NCBI RefSeq assembly: GCF_964194155.1
Contig: NC_135901.1
Coordinates: forward strand, 36,704,001-36,768,000
Source of the DNA: Cetorhinus maximus
Lineage: Eukaryota
DNA: 64,000 bases
Direction: 5' to 3'
In this document: in pieces, positions 12,915 through 25,409 of the stretch
How the letters are laid out: each line of letters begins with the position of its first letter
How positions within the stretch are numbered: the stretch's first letter is position 1
Notes under the pieces: generated by a model
The model's input: the letters and a program-made list of their open reading frames with translations, nothing else
Told to the model about the DNA's origin: nothing
Database searches by the model: none
Made by a program: the position numbers and the translations under genes

Positions 12915-13150
12915 TGTTTTCATCCATTCACAAGTGGAAACATCTTCCACTTGTCTACCCTGTCAAACACTTTCATTATCTTAAAGGCTTTGATCAGGTC
13001 ATCTCTCACTCTTTTTTCCAGGCAAAACCTTTTCAAACTGTTCAATCTTTGTTGATTGATATAACTTTCCAGTTCTGTCATCATTCTAGCCAATCTTTTT
13101 TGCACCTTCCCCAGTGCTTCTCAGTCCATCTTATAATATGGATACAAAGC
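12915..13150 (-). mobile_element. Old CR1 fragment
   Basis: LEKRVRDDLIKAFKIMK. An inverted counterpart lies at 21390-21660. Confidence 0.75.
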
Positions 13151-13192
13151 TAATCTGAGCACCAACGTCACTATTGCCCCAAGTTCCTGTAT

Positions 13193-13814
13193 TGTTAGGG
13201 GAAAATTAAAAATGCTAAAAGAGAACACTGCAAGAATTTACTGAAAAACCCTAAAATCTCCAGGCAGACATGGCTGCTAAGCATATTAAGAGTTGAAGAT
13301 TACCAGATGAACATTGCACAGCCTTGAGAGTCAGACTGGAAGGCACAAGGAAGAACATAAATTAGATTAGGTGTACTCCCCTCTCACATAGGGAAGGGGC
13401 AAATGGTTTTAGCTTAGATATGGGAAGGTGAACAATGGACAAAGAGGGGGCTTTGATGAAACACAAACAGCCTTGAATTGTGAGAACCAAAGTCTTTGTG
13501 TGCGTGTTTTAATTTTGATTGGATAATATAATTATGTATACATCCTTTAGAATTACTGGTTAGCAAAATCACATGTTTATGTACTCAATGCATTAGAGCG
13601 GTGTGTCGTTTACCGATTGGATGTATTCAAATGTACTCAAATGTATTATGATAAGAAAAAGTACAAAAGTAATGAAATGTAATCAATCTGGGAGTTGGGC
13701 CTTCATTCTTAGGAATGATTGCGGCTCCCTTGCATATGCTTGAATAAAACCGGTAAAAGAAGCCTGAGTCTCTGTGGTCGCTGTGTGATCGTGGATTGTA
13801 ATTTCTCCTCTTCA
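13193..13814 (+). mobile_element. Possible solo LTR
   Basis: TG...CA ends with a weak terminal inverted similarity and AATAAA ~70 bp before the end. No TSD is visible. Confidence 0.3.
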
Positions 13815-14619
13815 ACTGGCCTAGGTGGTAGTTGCTGGATTGGAGGGAATACCATCTTCAATAATGCTGGAATGATCAGAATTGCAGTGGGAGAGTGGTC
13901 TGTGGTTTCGAGCTGTTATTCACCATCCTCTACTTCAGCCATTCTCCCATTAGCTGAAAATACGATGAGGCTAAATGAACAGATCCAATGAACTGATCTG
14001 TAACATTATGAATTATCTACAAAGTTGGCTCTCACCTTTACAGTGCAATGGAGGGTGGTTTACATCCTAAATCTGTAACTTATACCATTAAGAATAGCTG
14101 CCAGGGAATCACTAGATTTCAGGACAGGGCCAGTGTAAAGTTCAGTTAATGTGATTTCCAAGCAATGAAGAGGTGAATTTGCAATCCCTGTGCACCTTGT
14201 CTGTACATCTTCCAAAGTAAAACTTGAATTTAATCCATTGTTCTCCATCTTGAGTATATTCAGGATGCAAAGCCATCAACATTTGGATACTCGGGGACAC
14301 TCAATGGATATTGGGATAGGGCGAGAAAATAAGAGTGGAGGTGGAACGTCATTTAACGGTGGAGCAGGCTGAAGGGGCCATATGGTCTACACCTGCTCCT
14401 ATCTCTTGTGTTCTTAAAAAATCACTGGTGCCCACCCTTCACTGCAGCTCATTGTGTTTTTGAGTGGAGATGATTTCTGTTTGTTACAAAGTGCAGGATG
14501 ATCTGATTAACTGACAGAGCTGGCTCCAGATTGCTAATGGCCTATTCCTACTCTTTTGTTTCTGTTCTATTTCAGTGCCATAAGAAGTGAAGGGAATCAT
14601 GGAAGGCACTTGTCAGTAT

Positions 14620-14700
14620 GTTAGCGTGGCCGAGCGATCTAAGGTGTTGGATTCTGCTTCCAGTCCATGTGGATTTGTCATTTTGAATCGCAACTTGCCA
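14620..14700 (+). pseudogene. tRNA-Leu pseudogene
   Basis: gttagcgtggccgagcgatctaaggtgttggatt...ttgaatcgcaacttgcca aligns to vertebrate tRNA-Leu(NAG). The stems and B box are broken. Confidence 0.75.
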
Positions 14701-14774
14701 AAGCTTCAATTGGTGGGCATTTTTGGCCCTTCCTCAGTCAGCAGAGGATCAACTAGTGTTAGCTGAAATCGAGT

Positions 14775-17700
14775 CATAGTCATAGATTTATACAGCATAG
14801 ATACAGGCCCACTGTGTCCTCGCCGGCCATCAAGCCCCTATCTATTCTAATCCCATTTTCCAGCACTTGCCCAGTAACCCTGTATTCTATTGCATTTCTA
14901 GTGTTCATCCAAATAGTTCTTAAATGTTGTGAGGGTTCCTGCCTCTACCACCCCCTCAGGCAGTGAGTTCCAGACTCCAACCATCCTCTGGGTGAAAAAA
15001 AAATCCTCTAATCTTCTCTAAACTTCCTGCCCCTTACCTAAAATTGATTCCCCCTGTTTATTGACACCTCCGCTAAGGGGAAAAGTTTCTTCCTATCTAC
15101 CCTATCTGTGTCCCTCATAATTTTCTGTACCTCTATCAGGTCCCCCCTCAGCCTTCTCTGCTCTAAGGAAAGCAACTCTAGCCTATCTAGTCTCTCTTCA
15201 TAGCTGAAATGCTCCAGCCCGGGCAACATCCTGGTGAGTCTCCTCTGCACCCTCCCCAGTGCAATCACATCCTACCTACAGTGTGGTGACCAGAATTTAC
15301 CCAGTACTCCAGCTGTGGCCTAACTAGCATTTTATACAGCTCCAACATAACCTCCCTGCTCTTATATTCTATGCCTCGGCTAGTAAAGGCAAGTATCCCA
15401 TATGCCTTCTTAACCACCTTATCTACCTGCGCTTCAGTGAAGTATGAACATGTACACCAAGGTCCCTCTGATCCTTTGTACTTCCAAGGATCTTCCATTC
15501 ATAGTGTATTCCTTTGCCGTGTTAGTCCTCCCAAAATGCATCACTTCACACTTCTCAGGATTAAATTCCATTTGCCACTGCTCTGCCCATCTTACCAGCC
15601 CATCTATATCATCCTGTGTTCTAAGGCTTTCCTCCTCATTATTTACTACACCACCAATTCTCGTGTCATCTGCAAACTTACTGATCATACCTCCTATATT
15701 CACGTCTAAATCATTAATGTACACTGTAAACAGCAAGGGTCCTAGTACCGATCCCTGTGGTACTCCACTCGTCACAGGCTTCCAATCATAAAAACAAACT
15801 TTGACCATCACCCTCTGCCTCCTGCCACTAAGCCAATTTTGGATCCTATTAGCTAAATTGCCCTGGATCCCATGTGCACTTACCTTCTTGACCATTCTCC
15901 CTTGCGGGACCTTGTCAAAAGCCTTAACTGAAGTCTATGTGGACTATATCAACTGCACTACATTAACGGCCCTACCTTCATCGACATGAGTCACCTCCTC
16001 GAAAAATTCAATCAAATTTGTTAGACATGGTCTTTCTCCGACAAAGCCATGTTCACTATCCCTGATTAATCCCTGCCTCTCCAAGTGGAGATTAATCCTG
16101 TCCCTCAGAATTTTTTCCAATAGTTTCCCAACCACTGATGTTAGACTCACTGGCCTGTAATTACCTGGTTTATCCTTACAACCCTTCTTGAATCATGGTG
16201 CCACATACGTTGTCTCCAGTCCTCTGGAACCTCTCCTGCGGCCAGAGAGGATTTGAAAATAGTGTCAGAGCCCTTGCAATCTCCTCCCTTGCCTCACATA
16301 GCAGCCTGAGATCCATCTCATCTGGGCCTGAGTTATCCACTTTTAAGCCCACTAAAACAACCAATACCTCCTCCCTTTCAATGCTAATGTGTTCAAGTAT
16401 ATCACAGTCCCCTCCCTGATTTCTACACCAACATCTTCCCCCTGTGAACACAGATGAAAAGTAATCATTCAAAATCTCACCTCCGTCCTCCAGCTCGATG
16501 CACAGATTGCCACTTTGGCCTCTAATGGGCCCTACTCTTTCCCTGGTTATCCTCTTGCCCGTAATATATTTATTAAATGCCTTGGGATTTTCCTTTATCT
16601 TTCCCGCCAGTGTTTTTGTTCATGCCCCTCTTCGCTCTCCGAATTACTCTTTAAAGTTCCCCCCACCACTTTCCATACATCTCCCGGGTTCCCACTGCTT
16701 TCAGTCCTCTGTATCTGCCATAAGCCACCTTTTTTTCCCCTTATCCAACCCTCTATATCCCTTGACATCCAGGGTTCCCTGGGCTTGTTGTTCCTACCCT
16801 TCACCTTTATGGGAACATGTTAGCCCTGAAATCTCACTATTTCCTTTTTGAATGACTTCTACTGGTCTGATGTAGACTTTACTACAAGTACCTGCCCCCA
16901 GTCCACTATGGCCAGATCCTGTCTTATCATATTGAAATCGGTCTTCCCCCAATCCAGGACCTTTATTTCTTGTCCATCTTTGTCCATAACTAGAATTATG
17001 GTCACTATCCCCAAAATTCTCCCCCACTGACACTTCTAGCACGTGACCATCCAAGGTCAACTACCATTCTTACTTACTGCAGTAATTGACCCTTGATCAA
17101 TGGTGCAATGCCAACTCATCTTTTACACCGCCCCCTCCCCCCGGTTCACGCCTGAAGATTCTATACCCTCGAATATAGAGCTGCCAGTCCTGCCCTTCCC
17201 TCAGCCATGTCTCTGTGAGAGCAACAATATCATTTTTTACCTAATTTGTTCATGGGATGTGGGATGTGGGCGTTTTTCCATTGCTGTGGGTCTGAAGTCA
17301 CATGTAGGCCAGACCAGCAGATTTCCTTCCCTGAATGGCATTAGTGAACCAGGTGGGGTTTTATGACAATCGATCAGGTGGGGTTTTATGACAATCGGCA
17401 ATGGTTTTGTGGCCCTCATTAGATTTTTAATTTCAGATTTTTTTGATTGAATTCGGGATTGGCAGGTCCCCGGAGCATTACTAGTCCAGCGACAATACCA
17501 ATGCGCCACCGCCTCCCATGTGATATTCCCATGTGTTAGCCAACGCCCTCAATTCATCGGCCATACATGTAAGAGTCCTTGCATTAAAATAGATGCAAAC
17601 CCAGCCTTGCATTATTCCCTTTTGCCTTAACAGGTCTATATTTGCTCTGCCTTCCAGACTGACTTAGTTTTTCTTCTATATTTGGCTGTGCATCACCCCC

Positions 17701-17910
17701 TACTGTATCTCCACTCTGTATCCCACCCCCCGCCTCCAGTCAAATTAGTTTAAACACCTTCCAATTGCACTAGTAAACCTCGATCAACTCGTCCAATTTG
17801 TACAGGCCCCACATTGGCCAGAAACAGACCCAACGATCCAGGAATATAAAGACCTCCCACCTGCACCATCTCTTCAGCCATGCATTCATCCTCTCTATTC
17901 TCCTACTCCT
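14775..17910 (-). mobile_element. Long CR1 LINE (endonuclease, RT, 3' tail), decayed
   Basis: SGVPQGSVLGPLLF, KFADD, LTSVVGKLLE and GDSDHN motifs across several frames. The tail is at 14775. Confidence 0.92.
17235..17518 (-). mobile_element. tRNA-headed SINE nested in CR1
   Basis: Head gggaggcggtggcgcattggtattgtcgctggactagtaat, body ggttcactaatg..agggaaggaaatctg and tail cccacatcccatgaa. Confidence 0.8.
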
Positions 17911-17911
17911 G

Positions 17912-18083
17912 TGTCAAACCGCCTCCTTCTGTGAGGGTGAAGAGTGGGGAGATAGGACTGATTGTCCTGCCAGTGTAGATACAGTGAGTCAAACCGTCTC
18001 CTTCTGTGAAGGGATAGAGTGGGGAGATAGGACTGATTGTACTGCCAGTGTAGACACAGTGAGTCAAACCGTCTCCTTCTGTG
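17912..18083 (+). repeat. ~75-bp tandem repeat (2.3 copies) resembling a LINE 3' tail
   Basis: gtcaaaccgYctccttctgtg occurs three times at ~75-bp spacing. Confidence 0.85.
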
Positions 18084-18159
18084 CTGTACTTTCCTGTGAC
18101 TTCACGATTTGACTCACTTCTGAAAGATGGATAAGGAAATTTCAGGAAGTTAGAGCCAA

Positions 18160-18450
18160 TTCATCATTCGGCTCTCAGCAGCAACTTCAATCTCACTTTC
18201 ATCTTTCATTCACTTTCAGCTGCCAAGGCTCCAAGATATGGAATTCCCTCCCTCAAACTCTCCGCCTCTGTCACTCTCTCCCCTCCTTTAAGACGCTCCT
18301 TAAAATTCATCCCTTTTACCAAGTTCCTGGCCACCCATCCTAATATCTCCTTCTGGGTGGGTCATTATCAAACTTTGAGAATGTTTCCTGTGAAGTGCTT
18401 TGCGGTGTTTCATTGGATTAAATGTCAATCAGTGAAAATTGTTGTTGTTC
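18160..18450 (+). mobile_element. L2 LINE 3' end
   Basis: ttcagctgccaaggc...ggaattccctccc...cctttaagacgctccttaaaa, homologous to 24130-24310 (-). Confidence 0.7.
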
Positions 18451-18584
18451 AGCTCCACACGGTAGGAATGGAGCTGAGGGGACAGAAAGGAGCTAGCTCG
18501 GTCACTGGCATCTGCATCGTACAGCTGGGTAGAAATACTTGAGCATTTGGGCTCTATTTCTGAGCTGGATTAACTGTTTTCTTT

Positions 18585-18900
18585 GCATTTGTTCATGGGA
18601 TGTGGGTGTAGATGCCACGAGCTAGGCCAGCATTTATTGTTCATCCCTCATTGCCTTGTTCAGAGCGCATTTAAGAGTCAACCACATTGCTGTGGGGACA
18701 GTTATGACAGCAGATTTCCATCCCTAAAGGACATTAGTTTTTTTTCCAAACAACCAGCACTGGTTATCATCAGATTTTTAATTCCAGATCTTTACTGAAC
18801 TTAAATTTCACCATCTGCCGCGGTGGGATTCAAACATCGGTCCACAGAGCATTACCCTAAATCTCTAGAATACTAGGCTAGTGGTAACATCACCATGTCA
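18585..18900 (-). mobile_element. tRNA-headed SINE
   Basis: Same head, body and tail as 33655-34020. Confidence 0.75.
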
Positions 18901-20774
18901 ATTTCAGCTACTGACCTGAAGCCTGATATTCACAAACACTTACAACTATCAGTTTAGTTGGATTTCTCCATTTACAGCAGTGGTCTTAAACTCAGAGGTC
19001 AGTTTAACAGTTTAAATGTTACAAATGTGCCGTAGCCTTCAGAGGACACGTGCGCAATAATTAAGAATACCCAGTTAAGATGGGATGGAAGTCACTTCCA
19101 TTTAATAAAATGTCTTCCTTTGGATTTTATGCAGTCTGCTTAGCACAAAAACACCACCTTAGCTGAAAGGGGGTGAATATAAAGTTCGAGGTTGCTGATT
19201 TAAATTTGATTACTTTCTTTGGTTGGCTGGAGTCTTCAAAAGATGGGTTGAAAAATACGGTTGGAGCAGCGCACACAGGTTAATAAATTAATTAAATAAA
19301 AGTGTATTATATCGGCACATGAATAAATATCTTGTTTCAGTACCTTTTAAGTAACATTTTGCTTTTATTTCTCCACTTAATTTATTTGAGCCAAGTTTAA
19401 TTATTGGCTCTGAAAGGTTGTATCATGATTAAGTCCTCTCTAACAGCACTGTGGGTGTACCTACGCCACATGGACTGCAGCGGTTCAAGAAGGCAGCTAA
19501 CCATCAACTTTTCAAGGGCAAGAAGAGATTGGCAATAAATGCTGTCTCACATTCTGTGCATGGATACTCAAAACTGAAAAACTACCAATCACAAATTGAA
19601 AACAAGATGAGAATCAATTGAAATGCAGATCTGTAAAAATAATAATTGCAGAAGACGAATCTTGAAATTTAAAAGTAAAAAATAAAGCTGGAAGCACTCG
19701 GCAGCATCAGCAACTAGGGATGCATGATTCATCAGAATTGCTCTGTCCAGTTCCCAACAATGTGTCAACATGAAGCAGAAAAGTCTTCTCCCTGCTCCCA
19801 CTCCCTTCACTGAGTCTGAACTGGCAATGCACAAGAAGCCATTACTGTGTCCAGAGTTTTCGAAAATTATTATTTATAAATAACGTTCAAAGTAGTGTTA
19901 ATCGTAGCTATGTTAGAGTGGGTTAACACAACCGTTTAAACTGCCATCTGGGGAGATCTGACATGTGCTCTCCCCCCAAACAAGGCATTATTTCATTTCA
20001 CAAGGCATCATAGGGTGGGTTAGTATATTTCCATCCCATAATCCTTTCCATCTCATTTCAACATTCTGGCTGATAAATAATGTTTCAATCTGCTGATATA
20101 ATTTTTAAAAATAAGTAAATAAACTCAATCCCAGGCAAGAATGTGTAATGCGCTGAAATCAATTCATTTTGCTCACCATAAGTGTGAACAGTTTGTGTTT
20201 GCTAGACCACCATTTGTCCGGTAAGACTCCATTAGGTTTGTGCAGTGGCAGTATTGTAGCCAATGAGGTTTAACTGAGGCGTGATTATTGCTTATTGAAA
20301 ACTTTTCCCAATACCCCACTATGGTGACTTGCAACAAAGTCACTATTTGCAATTTTTGGTAGTCTCTTTGGAGACTGTTTACATGTGTAATAAGGTAGTG
20401 AATTAAACCCAGAGGATTCTGTTAATATTTGGCAGGCAAGGCAGCATCTGTAAAGAGGTGAGTTTTCAGTATTTATTGGTTGTGTTGATTGAAATTTGTC
20501 AGTGCTGGGGTTACTAATGCTGGTTAGACATATCCATGAAATTGATTCTGTAACACTTGTATCACGAAATATTTTCTCACAATTTATATGTTGCTGCATT
20601 TACCTGAGTGAGGGTTCAGTGGGAGAGCTGCTGCTTTCATTGATTTATGAATCTGTCCCCCTGCTTGCCATTTAGCTTCTAATTAGAAAACAATTACATC
20701 TCCCATGTACTTACATCTAACCCATTAGAAACCTATGTAATTATTGGATTCAAACAAACGCATCAAATACAACA

Positions 20775-20950
20775 AAAATAGTAGGAAAAACTCAGCAGGT
20801 CTGACAGCATCTGCGTCCGTTCATCAGAAGTGTCATATGGACTCGAAAAGTTAACTGTCTTCCTCTTCGCAGATGCTGTCGGACCTGCTGAGTTTTTCCA
20901 GCTATTTTTGTTTTTGTTTCAGATTTCCAGCATCCACAGTATTTTGCTTT
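20775..20950. mobile_element. Palindromic Penelope-pLTR-derived element
   Basis: Arms ggaaaaactcagcaggtctgacagcatctgcg and cgcagatgctgtcggacctgctgagtttttcc. Confidence 0.8.
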
Positions 20951-22419
20951 TAAACCCATCAAATATTCGCTCTTCCTCAGCTCCGCAGTGAGTGAGACAG
21001 GGAAAAGTAGGAAACAGCAATTATCTGGCCCGTCACTCTCCAACAGCCAGCAGGGGAAAGTGGCAATTGCAGTTTCAATCAGCGGGTTACTGTCTATCTC
21101 TGGGATGCAGCAACAGGGCCAAATCTCCCACTGCACCAAGCACGGGCTCAGGAAATCACAGGTAGATAATATCCCATTCACAAAACCTCCGAGCAATATT
21201 TACAGAATGCAAGATTGAGTTAGTCACAAATAAAAGTAACACACCACTTTCCACATCTTTTCATTGGATGTGTTCATCTCATCTTAAGTTCTGCTTGTGG
21301 AAAAATGGCTGAAAGGGAGGTTGGTAAATAACAGATTGAAATCATAGTCCTCTCCCCCACTGAAATACTGATCCTTGCAGTATATCGGCATTTGGGGGAA
21401 ATGATGAGTTTGAAGTCTCAGGTGGATCTAGAAGTACTGGAGAAGGTGCAAGAAAGGTTTACTGGAATTATGCCAGAATTGGAAATTTATCTCATTCAAA
21501 AGAGATTGAACAGGTTAAAAAGCCTTTCTGTGGAGAAAAAGTTGAGGGATGTCCTCAGCAAAGCCGTTAATATTAGAAAAGGGTTTGGAAGATGTTTCCA
21601 CTTGCAGATAGACGAGAATCAATAAAAGTTAGTCACCAATAAATCCAATGTCCAATTCAGAGGCAACGTCGTTAAACAGAGATAAAAGCACAAAATGATG
21701 GAAATACTCAGCATATCTGGGAATTTCTGTGGATTGAGAACCAGAGTTATGTTTTCAGGTCTGTGCACTGATGTGCTGAAAAGCCACAGACCTGAAATGA
21801 AAACTATGTTTCTCTCTCCACAGATGCTACCAGAGCTGTTTTAGTTCCAAAATATTGCCTTTTATTTCAGAGTTATAGCATTGTCTTTCTCTTTTCGTTG
21901 AGTAGAATGTAGATCTCATTGCCAGAAGGATTAGAGATCCAAGTCTGAGCTGGACACTCCTGGGTAAAGTCACACTGCAAAAACATCATTCACCAGCTGA
22001 ATGTGGAAATGGATTCCCTCGATCACCTCATTAGTTGACACAGCAGCAGTCACATCTGATGGAGAAAACTCTGCAAAGGGATTTTCTCAGTTTGGCCACC
22101 TGTTAACAATCCAGCTTTAAAAGTTCAAAGGATTTAATTTCCAACAGTCACGTTGTGACTGACAAGGCAGAGTTTAAATGCTCGGCGTATGGAAGGAAAA
22201 ATCATTTCTTCACCCGGCTGCTGAGAATCCAGTGAATTCACATCTCACTGTAGGGGTTTTAACTGTTGTTAATTACACCCAGGACAGAAGTATGGTGGAA
22301 GCCCGTGTACATTGATTGTTCTATTAATCGAATTAATAATTTTAAATTTTCTCTCTAAGCGGCCAAACATCATCGGAACATGAAACATAATTTTACATGC
22401 ACGAATATCGCTTTCCAAT

Positions 22420-22830
22420 GGCGGGGCTTTCACCCAGCATTCAGAGCGGGACAGAAGGTGTCCTATCCAGAACACCAAGGCCTCGCTCATGCGGATTGCT
22501 GAGTATATTTGGCACCTGCGCATTGCGGCCTCCTACGTGAGCATGCGCACTGTTGTCCTGTGACCGGAGCCAGAGAGCTGGTAAGAAAATGGCGACGGCA
22601 GCAGAAAAACAGAGTTAGTGGATGGGCGGGAGGAATGGAGCCAGTGGAGTGGACAGGGAGTCTTCATAAACACTCGGTACGGGACGCAGACCCTTAAAAA
22701 GAAACTACCGGTCCCGCGCTTGCAGCAAATAGACCGGAAATGGCTGAATCTCCCCCTCTGCTCGGTCCGGCGGGGGGGGGAGGAGGAACTGTGCAGCAGG
22801 GCGCATGCGCGGTCATCCTGGTCCAGCAGC
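22420..22830 (+). promoter_or_regulatory. CpG promoter and first exon of ZNF gene B
   Basis: CCAAT and GC-box-like motifs (~22415-22428), NRF1-like gcatgcgcac and gcgcatgcgc, donor ctg|gtaaga at 22581 and YY1-like aaaatggcg. Confidence 0.7.
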
Positions 22831-24129
22831 AAGAGGAGAGAATGTTGCGCATTTCTATCCTGGACTGATAGGGATGGATTTTGGAAACTCCTTTTACAGG
22901 GGGTCAGAAGGGAAGGATTTACACACAGCAAACTCAAACCAAGAGGAATTTTTGTCTCTTTCAATTTCTATCCTGCACTGACAGTCATGGATTTTTTTAT
23001 AATCTCCTTTTTACAGGATTTCCAATGGGAAGGATTTGCAGACGGGAAACTCAAACCAAACTTCACATCAAGATCCGACAGTCACTTGATTCATCAGGAC
23101 CAGAATATTATAGGTCTCTGAGCGTAAAGCATTGAGTTCCAGATCACTCAATCACTCACTGTGTAAAAATTTTTCCTCACATCCCCCCTGTAGATCTTGC
23201 CTCAAATCTAAAATCTGCGTCTGTAATCCTTTTATGATCAACTAATGTGAACACCTTTATCTGTCTTACCTCACCCTATCATAATCTTGTACACCTCCAT
23301 CAAATCTCCCCTCAATCCACTTTACTCCAAGGAGAACAACCCCCAGTTTCTCCAAACTAACCTTACAACTAAAATCCCTCATCCCTTACCCACTCTGGTA
23401 GATCTCCTTTGCACCTTCTCAAGGACCCTCTTTCATAAGATGTGGTGATCACTGGTTTGCACAGATCCAGATGCTCTTTGTTTGTGTCTGTGACATCATC
23501 ACACATCGACAATTACACGGTGACATCATCACACATCGACAATTACACGGTGACATCACCCCGCTCCCCAGGTATTTCCTCAACTGGGAGATTTTTCTCT
23601 GACTCCAGTGCTTCTGATATCTTTCCAGCTGCAGGCTGCAGCAGGAGATTTTAAATTTAAAAACTGAAATTGTTTCAGAATTGAGTATTCTTGACTATTC
23701 ATCGATAGTTTAGAGCTTTTAGTCCTGTACTCTGTTATCTATGAGAGGTTTCATGGCTCTGGGCCTGGTGTGAATCCTTTACTGTGGATCTGAATCCGTG
23801 TTCATCCATTGCTCTGTTTCATCCTCTGCCCTCCCTGATCACCTCTCTGCCATTGTCTAACTTTCTCTGTCTCTAATGATGAGTGTATTTTAACTATGTT
23901 TAGGATTCTAATGTTCCTTCTGCCAACTGTGTCTAAATGAGGTTTCCACTGCTGCCCATCCCCTGACTATGTGCTGCTGTCTCACCAGCTTTATCTTCCC
24001 ACAGTATCTTTCAGGAATTGTTTTTCCTGAGCTATAGTCTATTTCTCTTCCACTTTAGCACCTATGTTGACCATCAAATTCTGCCCACCCTAAAATGGTA
24101 ATTAATTAATTCTATTGTGTAATAGAACA

Positions 24130-24910
24130 TACCAAGGTGTTTCACAGGAGTGTTAGAAAGCAACATTTGACACTGAGCCACGTGAAGCGATATCAGGGCA
24201 GATGGACAAAAGTTTACTAAATGAGTTGGTTTTATGGATTATCTTAAAGGAGGAAAGTGAGGTGGAGAGGTTTAGGGGGAAATTTCAGAGCTTGTGGCCT
24301 TGGCAGCTGTTAGGGGGAGACACCATAGGTGGAGCAGTTAAAATCAGGAATGCTGAGCAGGTCAGAATTAGAGGAACGCAGATATCTCGGAGGGTGGTGA
24401 GGCTGGAGGAGATTACAGAGGCAAGGAGGGAGAGATCATGGAGAGATTTGAAAACGAGGATGAGAAATTTAAAATTGAAGTTCTCCTTAACCCAGAGGCT
24501 TTGTAAGTCGGTGAGTACAGGGGTGATGGGTGAACAAGACTTGGTATGAGTAAGCAGAGTTTTGGATTACTGGGAGGCTGAATGTGGGAGGCCGGCCGGG
24601 AGTGTGTTCGGAGAATTAAGTCTAGATGGAACAAAGGAATGGATGACAGGTTGAGCAGTTACATAAAGGGATATATGGATAGTGTGGGAAAAGACTTCGA
24701 ATGGATTGAATGGTGGAGCAGAATGGGCTGAATGGCCTACTCCTGCTCCTATGTTCCTATGCACAGTCTGGTTCAGCCTCAGACATTTGCCAGTAAGAGG
24801 GATGGAGCTGGTGGTCAGGGAGTGGAGTTTGTAGTGGGGACTGAAGACAATGGCTTCAGCCTTCACAATATTTAAATGGAGGAAATTTCTGTTGATCCAG
24901 ACAAATCAGG
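24130..24910 (-). mobile_element. L2 LINE 3' part
   Basis: KAEAIVFSP and HSFVPSRLN motifs. Paralog at 40620-41400. Confidence 0.8.
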
Positions 24911-25409
24911 ATGGTGTGTAACTTGGAACGGATCTTGGAGATGATGGTGTTCACATACACCTGCTACGCATGTCCTTTAGGTGGTTGAGGTTTCTGGAGA
25001 CTTTGTCAAAGTTCTTCTGGTGTTGTAGATATCCCTTCACCCCCTGCCTCTCCAACCTCTGTCTCCCTCTCCTCCCTTGTAGGCCAGAGTCTTGTGTAGG
25101 CCCAGACCGGGTGGCAGGTTCCCTTCCCTGAAGGACATTAGTGAACCAGTTGGGTTTTTATGACAATCCAGCAGTTTTCATGGTCACTTTTTCCTAGTGC
25201 CGGCCCCACAAATTACCAGATTCATTCAGCTCAATTTCACAACCTGCCTTTGTGTTTTTGTGGGTTCTCTCTCACTCCCTTTTTTCTGTTTTAAATCAAT
25301 TTCACAGGGTATTAGAAGGGGAGGATTTGCAGTCGGGAAACTGAAACTAAACATCACATCAGAATCTGACAGAGTTGACTAATTAGTGTAACCTAAATAT
25401 CATCAGATT

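Noticed and set aside
22533-23135. 143-167-aa ORFs over promoter B as genes, or a KRAB exon
   Set aside because: These are GC-rich chance ORFs crossing splice signals. No KRAB-A motif (VTFEDVAV-like) was found in the ORF track.
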